Shown here: positions 57,301-64,000 of the stretch, piece by piece | How the letters are laid out: each line of letters begins with the position of its first letter | Numbering within the stretch: position 1 is the first letter of the stretch | Source of the DNA: an uncultured Bacteroidota bacterium | Lineage (GTDB): Bacteria > Bacteroidota > Bacteroidia > Bacteroidales > GCA-2748055 | Reading direction: 5' to 3' | DNA length: 64,000 nt | NCBI GenBank assembly: GCA_937129385.1 | Contig: CAKZNC010000113.1 | Span: 5,360-69,359 of the forward strand | Made by a program: the position numbers and the translations under genes | The notes under the pieces: model-generated | Seen by the model: only the letters and a program-made list of their open reading frames with translations | Database searches by the model: none | What the model was told of the DNA's origin: nothing

Positions 57301-57659
57301 ATGAAACTGGAGACCCGCTGTTCATTGAGTCGTTTCAGCGTCTGCGTCCGCGTGATGATATTCCCTTCGTCGGTCTGCTTATACTGAACCGAACGCTTGT
57401 AAGACGAAGGAAAAAAGAGGGTGCGGTCGGGCGTTCCCTCCAGGTTCACCAGGTCGGTATAGAAATAGGCAGCATCTTCCTTGTCATGGAACAGCACAAG
57501 GTGATTGCCTTTTAGCTCCGAGACCACCGACTGGAACAGCGCTGCTTTCGAGGAGCCCGTCAGTCCTTTGAGATGAAACACCCGGCTGTCCTTCTCCTTC
57601 AGGACATCAATGATCTCCCGCCGGAGGGGATGTTGTATGTAGGGATTTGTAAAACTCAT
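54324..57659 (-). CDS. mfd: Transcription-repair coupling factor
   Basis: 1111 aa. UvrB-homology N-terminus, RNAP-interaction domain, and superfamily-2 helicase motifs (GDVGFGKTEVA, DEEQKFG, TATPIPRT, QLRGRVGRS). Confidence 0.96.
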   Translation of the reverse strand: MSFTNPYIQHPLRREIIDVLKEKDSRVFHLKGLTGSSKAALFQSVVSELKGNHLVLFHDKEDAAYFYTDLVNLEGTPDRTLFFPSSYKRSVQYKQTDEGNIITRTQTLKRLNEQRVSSFIISYAEAMIERVLTRAELGRHTLEIKTGENLSMEFLEEVLETYNFQLVDFVYEPGQYAIRGGIADIFSFSSSQPYRVDFFGDEVDSIRLFDVESQRSSDQLKRVSVIPNVQWEKDLGEKRVSFLEYIPSNTTIWLDDLELILQRIEEVYEKTEIDDTGDDSLVKDELLVREPVLRKHLLEHDRVEFTRPVLPAAANSWQFNTEPQPPFNKDFELLAKMLNDNSGNGIQNFILSESKGQHERLRAIFDEINPGLQYEEGVTTLHEGFTDQDLGVAIYTDHQIFDRYHKFKLHDRFTKKEALSVKELSGLHPGDYVVHVDHGIGKFGGLERIDVNGKKQEAVRLVYKDNDVLFVNIHSLHKISKYKGKEGQSPRVYKLGTGAWQKLKQKTKSKVKDIAGELISLYAKRREQKGFSFSADTYLQKELEASFIYEDTPDQDKATKDFKTGMEAEFPMDRLICGDVGFGKTEVAIRAAFKAVSDSKQVAVLVPTTVLAFQHFNTFKNRLKDFPCSVDYISRFRTAGEQTQILKRLKEGSLDIIIGTHKLVGQQVKFKDLGLLIIDEEQKFGVSVKEKLKQIKLNVDTLTLTATPIPRTLQFSLMGARDLSIINTPPPNRHPIITELHPFNEEIIREAIEYEVSRGGQVFFIHNRVQNIGEVKEMVDKLVPHVRSVVAHGQMDGKALEKVMLGFMNGEHDVLIATSIIESGLDIPNTNTIIINNAHHFGLSDLHQLRGRVGRSNKKAFCYLFAPHITLLTQEARRRLKAIEEYSGLGSGFSIAMQDLDIRGAGNLLGAEQSGFIADIGFETYHKILNEAIQELKDGVFSDLFEHETTTVTGKERTFAPDCQIDTDMELLLPESYIANTSERMHLYRNLDNIEDEASLAQFRQMLEDRFGPLPEEASELLAVVRLRWLAMRTGVEKIILKNSALIAYFVSNPDSLFYRSDVFTRIIGNIQRNPKMFRMRQDKERLSFRVNNVGTIDKTFSILEQLNDEG

Positions 57660-57672
57660 TTTCTTGCTTGTG

Positions 57673-57680
57673 CAAATTTA
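57673..57680 (-). promoter_or_regulatory. Candidate -7 promoter box (TAAATTTG on the minus strand) for mfd
   Basis: The plus strand reads caaattta. The box is 13 nt upstream of the mfd ATG at 57659. Confidence 0.35.
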
Positions 57681-57739
57681 CTTCTTTTTTGTGGAGGATT
57701 GTTCTTTTATCAACAACAGGGAATGCACTTGAACCCGAT

Positions 57740-59488
57740 TTAAGCCGGAGGCACCAATAGCTGGAACATGTTGTTCTCCCAGGCGACCTCATAACCGTTC
57801 CGGTGCATGAAATCATTGAGTATCCTCCCGTGTTCAGGCCATTTCGAGAGATCATCCGGGTAGTCAAGATATCTATCTGCTGCAGCATCGGCAGGCCACT
57901 CCGCAAGACCTGTATTTTGCTTCTGCCTGATCACTGCAGGTAGTGAATCCCGCAGACTTTTCGCCTCAGCAAGCTTGTCACTGAATGTATCTGCATTGTA
58001 ATACAGTTTTGGCCATGAGGTGGAAATGTAGGGCGGCTTATCTGCCAGGTAATTGATCATCGGTATCTCAATGAAGCTCAGCAGATATGTTTCATCGATC
58101 ATCGGAAAAGCTTCCCTGACAAGTTCATTGATCGCTTTTGCTCTCTCCTCAGATGTATATATGCACACCAGTTTTTCATGTGCAACGGGCACGTTTTTCA
58201 ACCACCTGCTGCCTGCATCAAAATAGGTGTTTTGCCACGCATGGACCAGGGCCGTTACGATGATCATGCCCCGTAACGTTCTAAATATCATCCTTCTGTC
58301 CTGTTCTGACAGTTCAATTCTGACCGGTTTGAACAGTGTTCTGAGATCCTCCCCGGCCAGAAGCAGGGGAACCAGGATCCACATACCGAAAACCGATTTC
58401 CCCAGCCAGGAGTCGGAACCGAACGGAGTTATGAAGAACAGGATCAGCCCGGCAAATGCAAGCATCCTGAAACCTGCGGTCCTGCTGCGGTCAGTCACGT
58501 ATTGTATCCCGGATAACAGCACAAGACCGATCAACAGGTACCGGATCTTGCTCCAGAATGCGTTCCCGAATACAAGCATCAGGATAAATGCGCAAAAGGC
58601 CAGGACCAATGGAAGGACCAGTCGTACAAGGGGACGGGAATTTATGCCAGACCTGGTGGTGATTTTTCCATATATCCAGATTGCAACCAGGAAAAGCAAC
58701 AACACGATGAGGGCATTTATAAATCCTTTGACATACATGATGATCAGCGGTACTATGCCATGGGAAGCTTCATGATCCGATGCGACATTGAATATGAAGT
58801 TCAGGTTGTTAAAAAACAGATCCCGGTGTCCCAAAGCTACCATGAGCCCCAGGATCAAGGCAGTCCCGGTAATGAATCCGGACAATGCAAAAAGCGTCTG
58901 ACGGAAATTCTTTGCCATACCCGCTTTCTGGATAGAGAGGTAGCAGGGGATGACCAGTAGCAGAAACAGACCCGCAAAGTTTGTGAGCCTGAGGAACATG
59001 CTGATGCCTATAGCCATACCTCCCGCGAACAGCAGGATGCTCCGCCGTTGTGTCAGACCAAAATAGAAGGAGAGAATCACCAGGGAGTAACCAAACATGG
59101 TCAGTACATCATAATTCAGACATTCAAATCCCCCTTTAATGATAAAAACAGCAATGATAAATAGCCCCAAGACAGCTCCCCTGAAACCTGTTTCCTGCTT
59201 AATGATCCGGTGGTAGATCAGAAATGTCAGGGTGAAGAAAACCACTGTCCCGAGCCTGCACCAGAACAAGCCCCCTGCAGGAAAGATATTCATCCAGGCG
59301 GCTCCGAGAATATCAGATAACCAGAATACCATTGAGTATTGAACGGAATAGGGATCCTCCAGGATAAACCTGAAAGCGGTAAGATGAAAACCGGTATCCG
59401 CAAGGTCCAGCCCCTGAAAGGATAAGAGCAGCTGCCAGAATATTAGTATTATGGTGAATCCGTATACATAGCGTCGATCAGTTTTCAT
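57740..59488 (-). CDS. GT-C-fold polytopic membrane glycosyltransferase (ArnT/PMT/Emb-like architecture)
   Basis: 582 aa from the ATG at 59488 (the track TTG is at 59515). Roughly 10-13 hydrophobic segments, the acidic motif GLDLADTG in the first loop, and a soluble C-terminal domain of about 175 aa. Confidence 0.6.
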   Translation of the reverse strand: MKTDRRYVYGFTIILIFWQLLLSFQGLDLADTGFHLTAFRFILEDPYSVQYSMVFWLSDILGAAWMNIFPAGGLFWCRLGTVVFFTLTFLIYHRIIKQETGFRGAVLGLFIIAVFIIKGGFECLNYDVLTMFGYSLVILSFYFGLTQRRSILLFAGGMAIGISMFLRLTNFAGLFLLLVIPCYLSIQKAGMAKNFRQTLFALSGFITGTALILGLMVALGHRDLFFNNLNFIFNVASDHEASHGIVPLIIMYVKGFINALIVLLLFLVAIWIYGKITTRSGINSRPLVRLVLPLVLAFCAFILMLVFGNAFWSKIRYLLIGLVLLSGIQYVTDRSRTAGFRMLAFAGLILFFITPFGSDSWLGKSVFGMWILVPLLLAGEDLRTLFKPVRIELSEQDRRMIFRTLRGMIIVTALVHAWQNTYFDAGSRWLKNVPVAHEKLVCIYTSEERAKAINELVREAFPMIDETYLLSFIEIPMINYLADKPPYISTSWPKLYYNADTFSDKLAEAKSLRDSLPAVIRQKQNTGLAEWPADAAADRYLDYPDDLSKWPEHGRILNDFMHRNGYEVAWENNMFQLLVPPA

Positions 59489-59567
59489 TTGTGAATCGGT
59501 TCTGAGCGTTTTCAATCAGGGGAATTGTTTGCGGACAGTAGCATATGCTGTTTCTGTATTTTTAAGA

Positions 59568-60440
59568 TCAGATTACGTAAATGAATAGCAGAAAACTGAT
59601 CAACCAACCGGCAATGATGATTTTTAAAGGATGATCGGTAATCAGCAGCATCACCGGGTTCTGTGTGGATTCTGTCACAAAAATCAGTTGAAGATACCTG
59701 AGTATCCCGGCAATCACCCAGAATGAGGTGATGTAGAGATTGTCATTGTCAACCCGGCTGATCGTTACCGGGTCGAGTGTATACATGATATAGGCAACCA
59801 GCACAACAGAGGAGAGTATAATCATGCTGAAATTCAAATATTTCAGGTTATAATTCCTGGCTGAGGATCTCAGCAAGATTCCCTCCTTTTCGAGGTAGAC
59901 CACGTCGTTACGTCTTTTCCCAATGGCAATGAGCATCGACAACAGGAAGGTCATGATGATGATCCATTCGGTGAGGTAAATACCGGCTGCTTCAGACCCT
60001 GCATACAAACGCAGCACGAACCCGACAGCAATGACCATCATGTCGAAAATAGGGATGTTCTTTATACCGGTACTGTACGCTATATTCAGCAATTTATACC
60101 CCAGGATGACGTAAAACACATGTATGTTGACAAAATATGCGATGAGGAATGCGGCTGCAGTAAGGAAAATATCAATGATGTATGCGACCGGAACCCTGAT
60201 CCTGCCTGCTGCAATGGGCCTGTTTTTATTGACAGGATGATTCCGGTCATCATTTCTGTCCATGATGTCATTGAATACATAAACACTGCTTGAGATCAGG
60301 CAGAATGAGACAAATGCCAGGGCTGTTCCTGCAAGCAATGAGGTTTGATGAAATTCACCTGAGAAGAACAGGGGTAGGAAGACAAACAGGTTCTTCAGGT
60401 AATGGCGCGGCCTAAGCAGCCTGATGAGCTGATTGGTCAT
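59568..60440 (-). CDS. UbiA-superfamily polyprenyl-phosphate phosphoribosyltransferase (Rv3806c/DPPR-synthase-like)
   Basis: 290 aa with about 8 TM segments. The motif NDIMDRNDDRNHPVNKNRPIAAG (NDxxDxxxD then HPxKxxRPIAxG) matches the decaprenyl-phosphate 5-phosphoribosyltransferase subfamily as I recall it. Confidence 0.65.
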   Translation of the reverse strand: MTNQLIRLLRPRHYLKNLFVFLPLFFSGEFHQTSLLAGTALAFVSFCLISSSVYVFNDIMDRNDDRNHPVNKNRPIAAGRIRVPVAYIIDIFLTAAAFLIAYFVNIHVFYVILGYKLLNIAYSTGIKNIPIFDMMVIAVGFVLRLYAGSEAAGIYLTEWIIIMTFLLSMLIAIGKRRNDVVYLEKEGILLRSSARNYNLKYLNFSMIILSSVVLVAYIMYTLDPVTISRVDNDNLYITSFWVIAGILRYLQLIFVTESTQNPVMLLITDHPLKIIIAGWLISFLLFIYVI

Positions 60441-61048
60441 TTTTTAATCCTCCATTTATAATATTTAATGTCGGCAATTCCGAGCATCGGCAGATCACTT
60501 CTGGAATCCCCATAAGCATAGATCTTACTTGCTTTCTTCAGGTCATATTGCTCCTGTATCCTCCTGACCTTCTCTGTACCTTTGCAGTTTTTTCCCTGCA
60601 AGCTGCCTGTGACCTTACCACCCGAAACTTCGAAATCCGTGGCAATTAAATCCAGGTAGAACTCCCTGCACCAGCCTCTGCACCATGCGTGAAGTGAAGC
60701 GGTTACGACCACTATGGTTGCACCTGCTGATTGGTGTGATGCAATTTCCTTTATAGCCCGTTTACGGATCATCCCGGGAAGCACTTTTGCGGAGAATTCA
60801 TCTCCTTTTTTTTCAAAATGCTCCTTCGTGAATTCGCCGAAGAATTTTCGTAAAACGAGCTCCTTTGCTTTTGCTGAAGGGTATAAACCCACCCTGTTCA
60901 TGGCCAGGTAAGGGGCCAGCCTGGCCAGACCCGAATAATACCGTCCTGCATTGAAACAGTACCTTATAAAAGCGAACAATGTGTCTTTCCTGGTGATCGT
61001 GCCGTCCAGATCCATGAATACCAATATATCGGCGGATTTTTTTTCCAA
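60437..61048 (-). CDS. HAD-IB-family phosphatase
   Basis: 203 aa. Motif I ILVFMDLDGTIT, motif II VVVTAS, and motif IV YGDSRSDLPML. The TTG start at 61048 is needed to keep the beta-1 strand before DLDGT. Its stop overlaps the UbiA start (ATGA). Confidence 0.8.
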   Translation of the reverse strand: MEKKSADILVFMDLDGTITRKDTLFAFIRYCFNAGRYYSGLARLAPYLAMNRVGLYPSAKAKELVLRKFFGEFTKEHFEKKGDEFSAKVLPGMIRKRAIKEIASHQSAGATIVVVTASLHAWCRGWCREFYLDLIATDFEVSGGKVTGSLQGKNCKGTEKVRRIQEQYDLKKASKIYAYGDSRSDLPMLGIADIKYYKWRIKK

Positions 61049-61246
61049 GGTTAATGATCTTTTTCGGTGTCAGTATAATTTTCATCTGACCAAAATTAAT
61101 CACAAAATAGGATTGATGTTAAATGTATAAAGATATATTTTCTTGCTAAATTTCGGAAGAGAAAAGATGGTTGGATTGTTGCTGAATATTGACACAACCG
61201 GTTATACAGTGCATTCTTAAAGATATTGCCAGTCTGTGATTCTCCT

Positions 61247-61254
61247 TATCTTTG
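61247..61254 (+). promoter_or_regulatory. Candidate -7 promoter box (TATCTTTG) for pabB
   Basis: Matches TAnnTTTG, 20 nt upstream of the pabB TTG start at 61274. Confidence 0.35.
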
Positions 61255-61273
61255 ATCCCTTAAGCAGTCAGAT

Positions 61274-62290
61274 TTGGAGAAGCAAAAGTTCATAGATGAG
61301 TGCAACAGGAGGGCCGCCTCCGGCGCTCCCTTCATTTTTGTGATCGATTATGAGCTGAATAATTTTCATACATATGACATCGGGGAGGCCGCTTCGGCGG
61401 GAATTTTTTACGACATCCGGGGGGAAGGAAATGAAAGCAAGATCCCTGTCACGTCCAAAATATATTCGGCGGAAGACCAAATGAGTCCGCCTGATCCTGG
61501 TTCAGCATACACCTTTGAGATCACACCGGTGAAATATGCGCAGTACCAAAATGCATTTGACCTGGTCCGGAAAAACATCCTGCATGGAAACTCTTTCCTT
61601 CTGAACCTGACTTTCCCCACGAAGCTGGAGACGAACCTGACCCTGGAGCAGATTTTCCGGCATAGCCGGGCGCCATATAAACTGCTGTTCAAAGACCGGT
61701 TCGTGGTGTTCTCACCGGAGTCTTTCGTACGGATCTCGGATGACAGGATCTTTACCTATCCGATGAAGGGGACCATCGATGCGGCATTAGAAGATGCCGA
61801 GCGTAAGCTGATGGAGAATGAAAAGGAGCAGTGGGAACACAATACCATCGTGGACCTGCTGCGGAACGACCTGTCGATGGTGGCGAAGGATGTGGCGGTG
61901 CTGAAATACAGGTATATTGACAGGATACGGACACACAGGAAAGAGCTGTTGCAGGTGAGTTCGGAGATTGCGGGCCGACTGGAACCCGGGTGGAAAGGAC
62001 GGTTGGGGGAGATCCTGGTGACAATGCTGCCGGCCGGTTCGATCTGCGGGGCACCAAAGCCCAAGACGCTGGAGATTATTGCGCAGGCTGAAGGAGAGAA
62101 AAGAGGGTATTTTACGGGGATTTTTGGTATCTTTCAAAACGGAAGGGTCGATAGTGCCGTGATGATCAGGTACATCGAGCGGGCAGGTGAAGGACTTCGT
62201 TTCCGGAGCGGAGGAGGGATCACCTGGCACAGCGATCCGGAATCGGAATACAACGAATTGATCGATAAAGTATATGTTCCCATTGTTTGA
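61274..62290 (+). CDS. pabB: Aminodeoxychorismate synthase component I (short form)
   Basis: 338 aa with a TTG start and no in-frame ATG near it. Chorismate-binding motifs (LPAGSICGAPKPKTLEII, KRGYFTGIFG, GGGITWHSDPESEYNE). Confidence 0.85.
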   Translation: MEKQKFIDECNRRAASGAPFIFVIDYELNNFHTYDIGEAASAGIFYDIRGEGNESKIPVTSKIYSAEDQMSPPDPGSAYTFEITPVKYAQYQNAFDLVRKNILHGNSFLLNLTFPTKLETNLTLEQIFRHSRAPYKLLFKDRFVVFSPESFVRISDDRIFTYPMKGTIDAALEDAERKLMENEKEQWEHNTIVDLLRNDLSMVAKDVAVLKYRYIDRIRTHRKELLQVSSEIAGRLEPGWKGRLGEILVTMLPAGSICGAPKPKTLEIIAQAEGEKRGYFTGIFGIFQNGRVDSAVMIRYIERAGEGLRFRSGGGITWHSDPESEYNELIDKVYVPIV

Positions 62291-62870
62291 AACCATCAGG
62301 ATCGAGGAGGGGGAACCCAAACACCTCGAGTGGCACCAGGCACGTGTGGATGCCTCCTACCATCGCTATTTCAAGCGGGCTGGTGCACCACGCCTGGCAG
62401 AGGTGATCCGTGTCCCCGAAAAGGACCGCAAGGGTCGTGTCAAATGCAGGTTCCTCTATAAGCGCACAGCCTGGAGCACCGAGTTTAGTAAATATGTACC
62501 TCGTGAAGTGCGTTCGCTGAAGCTGGTGGAGGGCAACCACCTGGAATATTCCATGAAGTATACCGACCGGTTTTCGCTGGATCAGCTGTTTGAGAAGCGC
62601 GGGAAATGCGACGGTGTGCTGATCGTGAAGAATGGCCGGATCACGGATACCTCCTTTACGAATATCGTCCTTTTCAACGGCGAGAAATGGATCACACCCC
62701 TCTACCCGCTGCTCGAAGGGACCGCCCGAAACAGGCTGATCAAGGCAGGCAGGATCGTGGAGGGGGATATCAGGCTGGAGGACCTGCAGTATTACAGGTC
62801 GTTCAGACTGATCAACGCCATGCGGGAATTTGATCAGCAAGAGCTGGTGCCGGTAGAGCAGATCAGGTAG
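62274..62870 (+). CDS. pabC: Class IV aminotransferase-fold protein (aminodeoxychorismate lyase-like)
   Basis: 198 aa. Overlaps pabB by 17 nt. Family-like segments (DGVLIVKNGRITDTSFTNIV, LEGTARNRLI). Confidence 0.7.
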   Translation: MFPLFETIRIEEGEPKHLEWHQARVDASYHRYFKRAGAPRLAEVIRVPEKDRKGRVKCRFLYKRTAWSTEFSKYVPREVRSLKLVEGNHLEYSMKYTDRFSLDQLFEKRGKCDGVLIVKNGRITDTSFTNIVLFNGEKWITPLYPLLEGTARNRLIKAGRIVEGDIRLEDLQYYRSFRLINAMREFDQQELVPVEQIR

Positions 62871-63062
62871 TACTGCAACAGTCCTTTAACGTTGGAATCT
62901 CCTGCTCATGTGATGATCTGTTGCCGATAGCGGGCAGTTCCATTAAATCCTTATTTATTTTCGGTCCAATCAATTTTTTCTTTATTTTCAATCGTTGAAT
63001 CAGCATTTTAAATGGCGAAAGTTTTTTTTTCGATTTTCTAATTACTAAAACCTATCCCAACA

Positions 63063-63542
63063 ATGAAAAAGATTTTTGTAACTATTTTAATTGCATTCGT
63101 TGCATCCACATGGTTGTCCGGTCAAATCGGACCCATTGATTCTCAAAAGGTCGGAATAAGCTATAAATTTACCCACCAGGGAAATATACTTACCATGAAT
63201 GACCTGGTTAACATTCTCCGCTCCGACGCCGAGGCATACCCGGTGATTAAAAAGGCAAAGGCCAACAACACGCTCGGTTCAGTATTTGGGGGTGTGGGCG
63301 GTTTTTGTGTAGGATGGCCACTGGGAACTGCAATTGCCGGGGGAGAACCGGAGTGGGGCATGCTCGCCATAGGCGGTGTGTGCGTTGCCATTGGTATCCC
63401 GTTAAGTATCTCTGCTGGCAAAAAGGCCAACGAGGCGGTGAGTATATACAACAGTAACCTGCAGGAAAGCTACCGACCGGCACCGATAGATATAAGGTTT
63501 GGTGCGGGTGATTACGGACTTGGATTCGTTATGAAATTCTGA
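63063..63542 (+). CDS. Hypothetical secreted/membrane protein with a Gly-zipper segment
   Basis: 159 aa. Signal peptide and a Gly-rich hydrophobic region (GSVFGGVGGFCVGWPLGTAIAGG...AIGGVCVAIGIPL). Confidence 0.5.
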   Translation: MKKIFVTILIAFVASTWLSGQIGPIDSQKVGISYKFTHQGNILTMNDLVNILRSDAEAYPVIKKAKANNTLGSVFGGVGGFCVGWPLGTAIAGGEPEWGMLAIGGVCVAIGIPLSISAGKKANEAVSIYNSNLQESYRPAPIDIRFGAGDYGLGFVMKF

Positions 63543-63582
63543 CAGACAGATAATCTGCCTTGTCAGTATAAATATCAGGAAT

Positions 63583-64000
63583 ATGAAAAGCAGAAGGAAC
63601 TTCTTATTTGCCTGCCTGGTCGGGTTGGGCAGTATACTCGTTTTTTCAGGTTGTAACCGGAATGGTACCGGCCAGTCCGCCGCACCCCGAATCCCGGTGA
63701 TCCTGGATACAGATGCCAACAATGAACTGGACGACCAGCACGCCATCGCATACCTGGTGCAAAACCAGGAGGTGTTTGACATTCGTGGGATCACGGTGAA
63801 TGCGACATGGAATGGCGGACCCGCGGAGGAGCATTTCAGGGAAGCGATGCGCATCCTGACCCTGTTCAATGAGCAGGAGGCTATTGAAGTCAAAAAGGGA
63901 GCAAACGCTTCGTTCGCGGAGACCAGGGGTCAACTGGATGAACCAGGTTTTGACGGGGAGGAGGCGGTGGACTTCATCATCTCGGAAGCACGGAAATACA
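63583..64000 (+). CDS. Nucleoside hydrolase-family lipoprotein (3'-truncated by the window edge)
   Basis: Own translation from the ATG at 63583: MKSRRNFLFACLVGLGSILVFSGC...PVILDTDANNELDDQHAIAYLV. Lipobox plus the DTDxxxDD inosine-uridine nucleoside hydrolase motif. Open to the end of the window. Not in the ORF track because it has no stop codon. Confidence 0.75.
   Translation, partial: MKSRRNFLFACLVGLGSILVFSGCNRNGTGQSAAPRIPVILDTDANNELDDQHAIAYLVQNQEVFDIRGITVNATWNGGPAEEHFREAMRILTLFNEQEAIEVKKGANASFAETRGQLDEPGFDGEEAVDFIISEARKY

Noticed and set aside
62920-62945. A possible terminator hairpin after pabC (CTGTTGCC-GATA-GCGGGCAG). A similar candidate follows the 63063-63542 gene (63538-63568).
   Set aside because: The stems need several mismatches or wobbles and are not followed by a T-run. 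This is too weak to call.

Overview
This 64-kb window is a chromosomal segment of a Bacteroidota (Bacteroidia-type) genome, mid-range GC by eye (not computed) and densely coding. Assignment rests on protein signatures read from the ORF track: Bacteroidota-style FtsZ C-terminus (SYLHDNVD), an IPExxxVDY-like protein, GldE/LptC/CoaX neighbourhood, and TAnnTTTG promoter boxes.

Content is overwhelmingly housekeeping:
- an RprXY-like two-component pair and an ExbB/ExbD cluster
- tRNA-Ser(GGA)
- ansA, tatD, gdhA, dprA, proline dehydrogenase, aroA, a short ogt, tadA, aspS, a STAS protein, miaB, yebC, an orphan PAS histidine kinase and purF
- a GlsB/GlsA-like N-acyl-amino-acid lipid gene pair
- a complete dcw cluster (mraZ-rsmH-ftsL-ftsI-murE-mraY-murD-ftsW-murG-murC-ftsQ-ftsA-ftsZ)
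- a GatB/YqeY protein, PpiD-like chaperone, GldE/CorC-like protein, lptC, a TPR protein, an outer-membrane barrel, coaX and mfd
- pabB/pabC and a truncated nucleoside hydrolase at the right edge

I found no transposase, integrase, CRISPR array, toxin-antitoxin pair or recognisable defence gene.

Signals the gene list does not explain:
1. A family of heptanucleotide tandem-repeat arrays, in three sequence families. Two families are present as inverted copies. One array sits in frame inside miaB and is bounded by a 10-bp direct repeat.
2. A HAD phosphatase / Rv3806c-like UbiA phosphoribosyltransferase / GT-C membrane glycosyltransferase operon. It looks like a minimal polyprenyl-phospho-pentose glycosylation module.
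3. An orphan minus-strand intrinsic terminator plus promoter box, suggesting a small RNA of about 115 nt between the J-domain gene and the sensor kinase.
4. A phased GTGGG operator in front of mraZ.
5. A Cys-rich PAS sensor kinase.

The ORF track counts TTG/GTG as starts. Where an internal ATG fits the protein family better I used it and say so. All functional calls come from motif recognition by eye; no searches were run.
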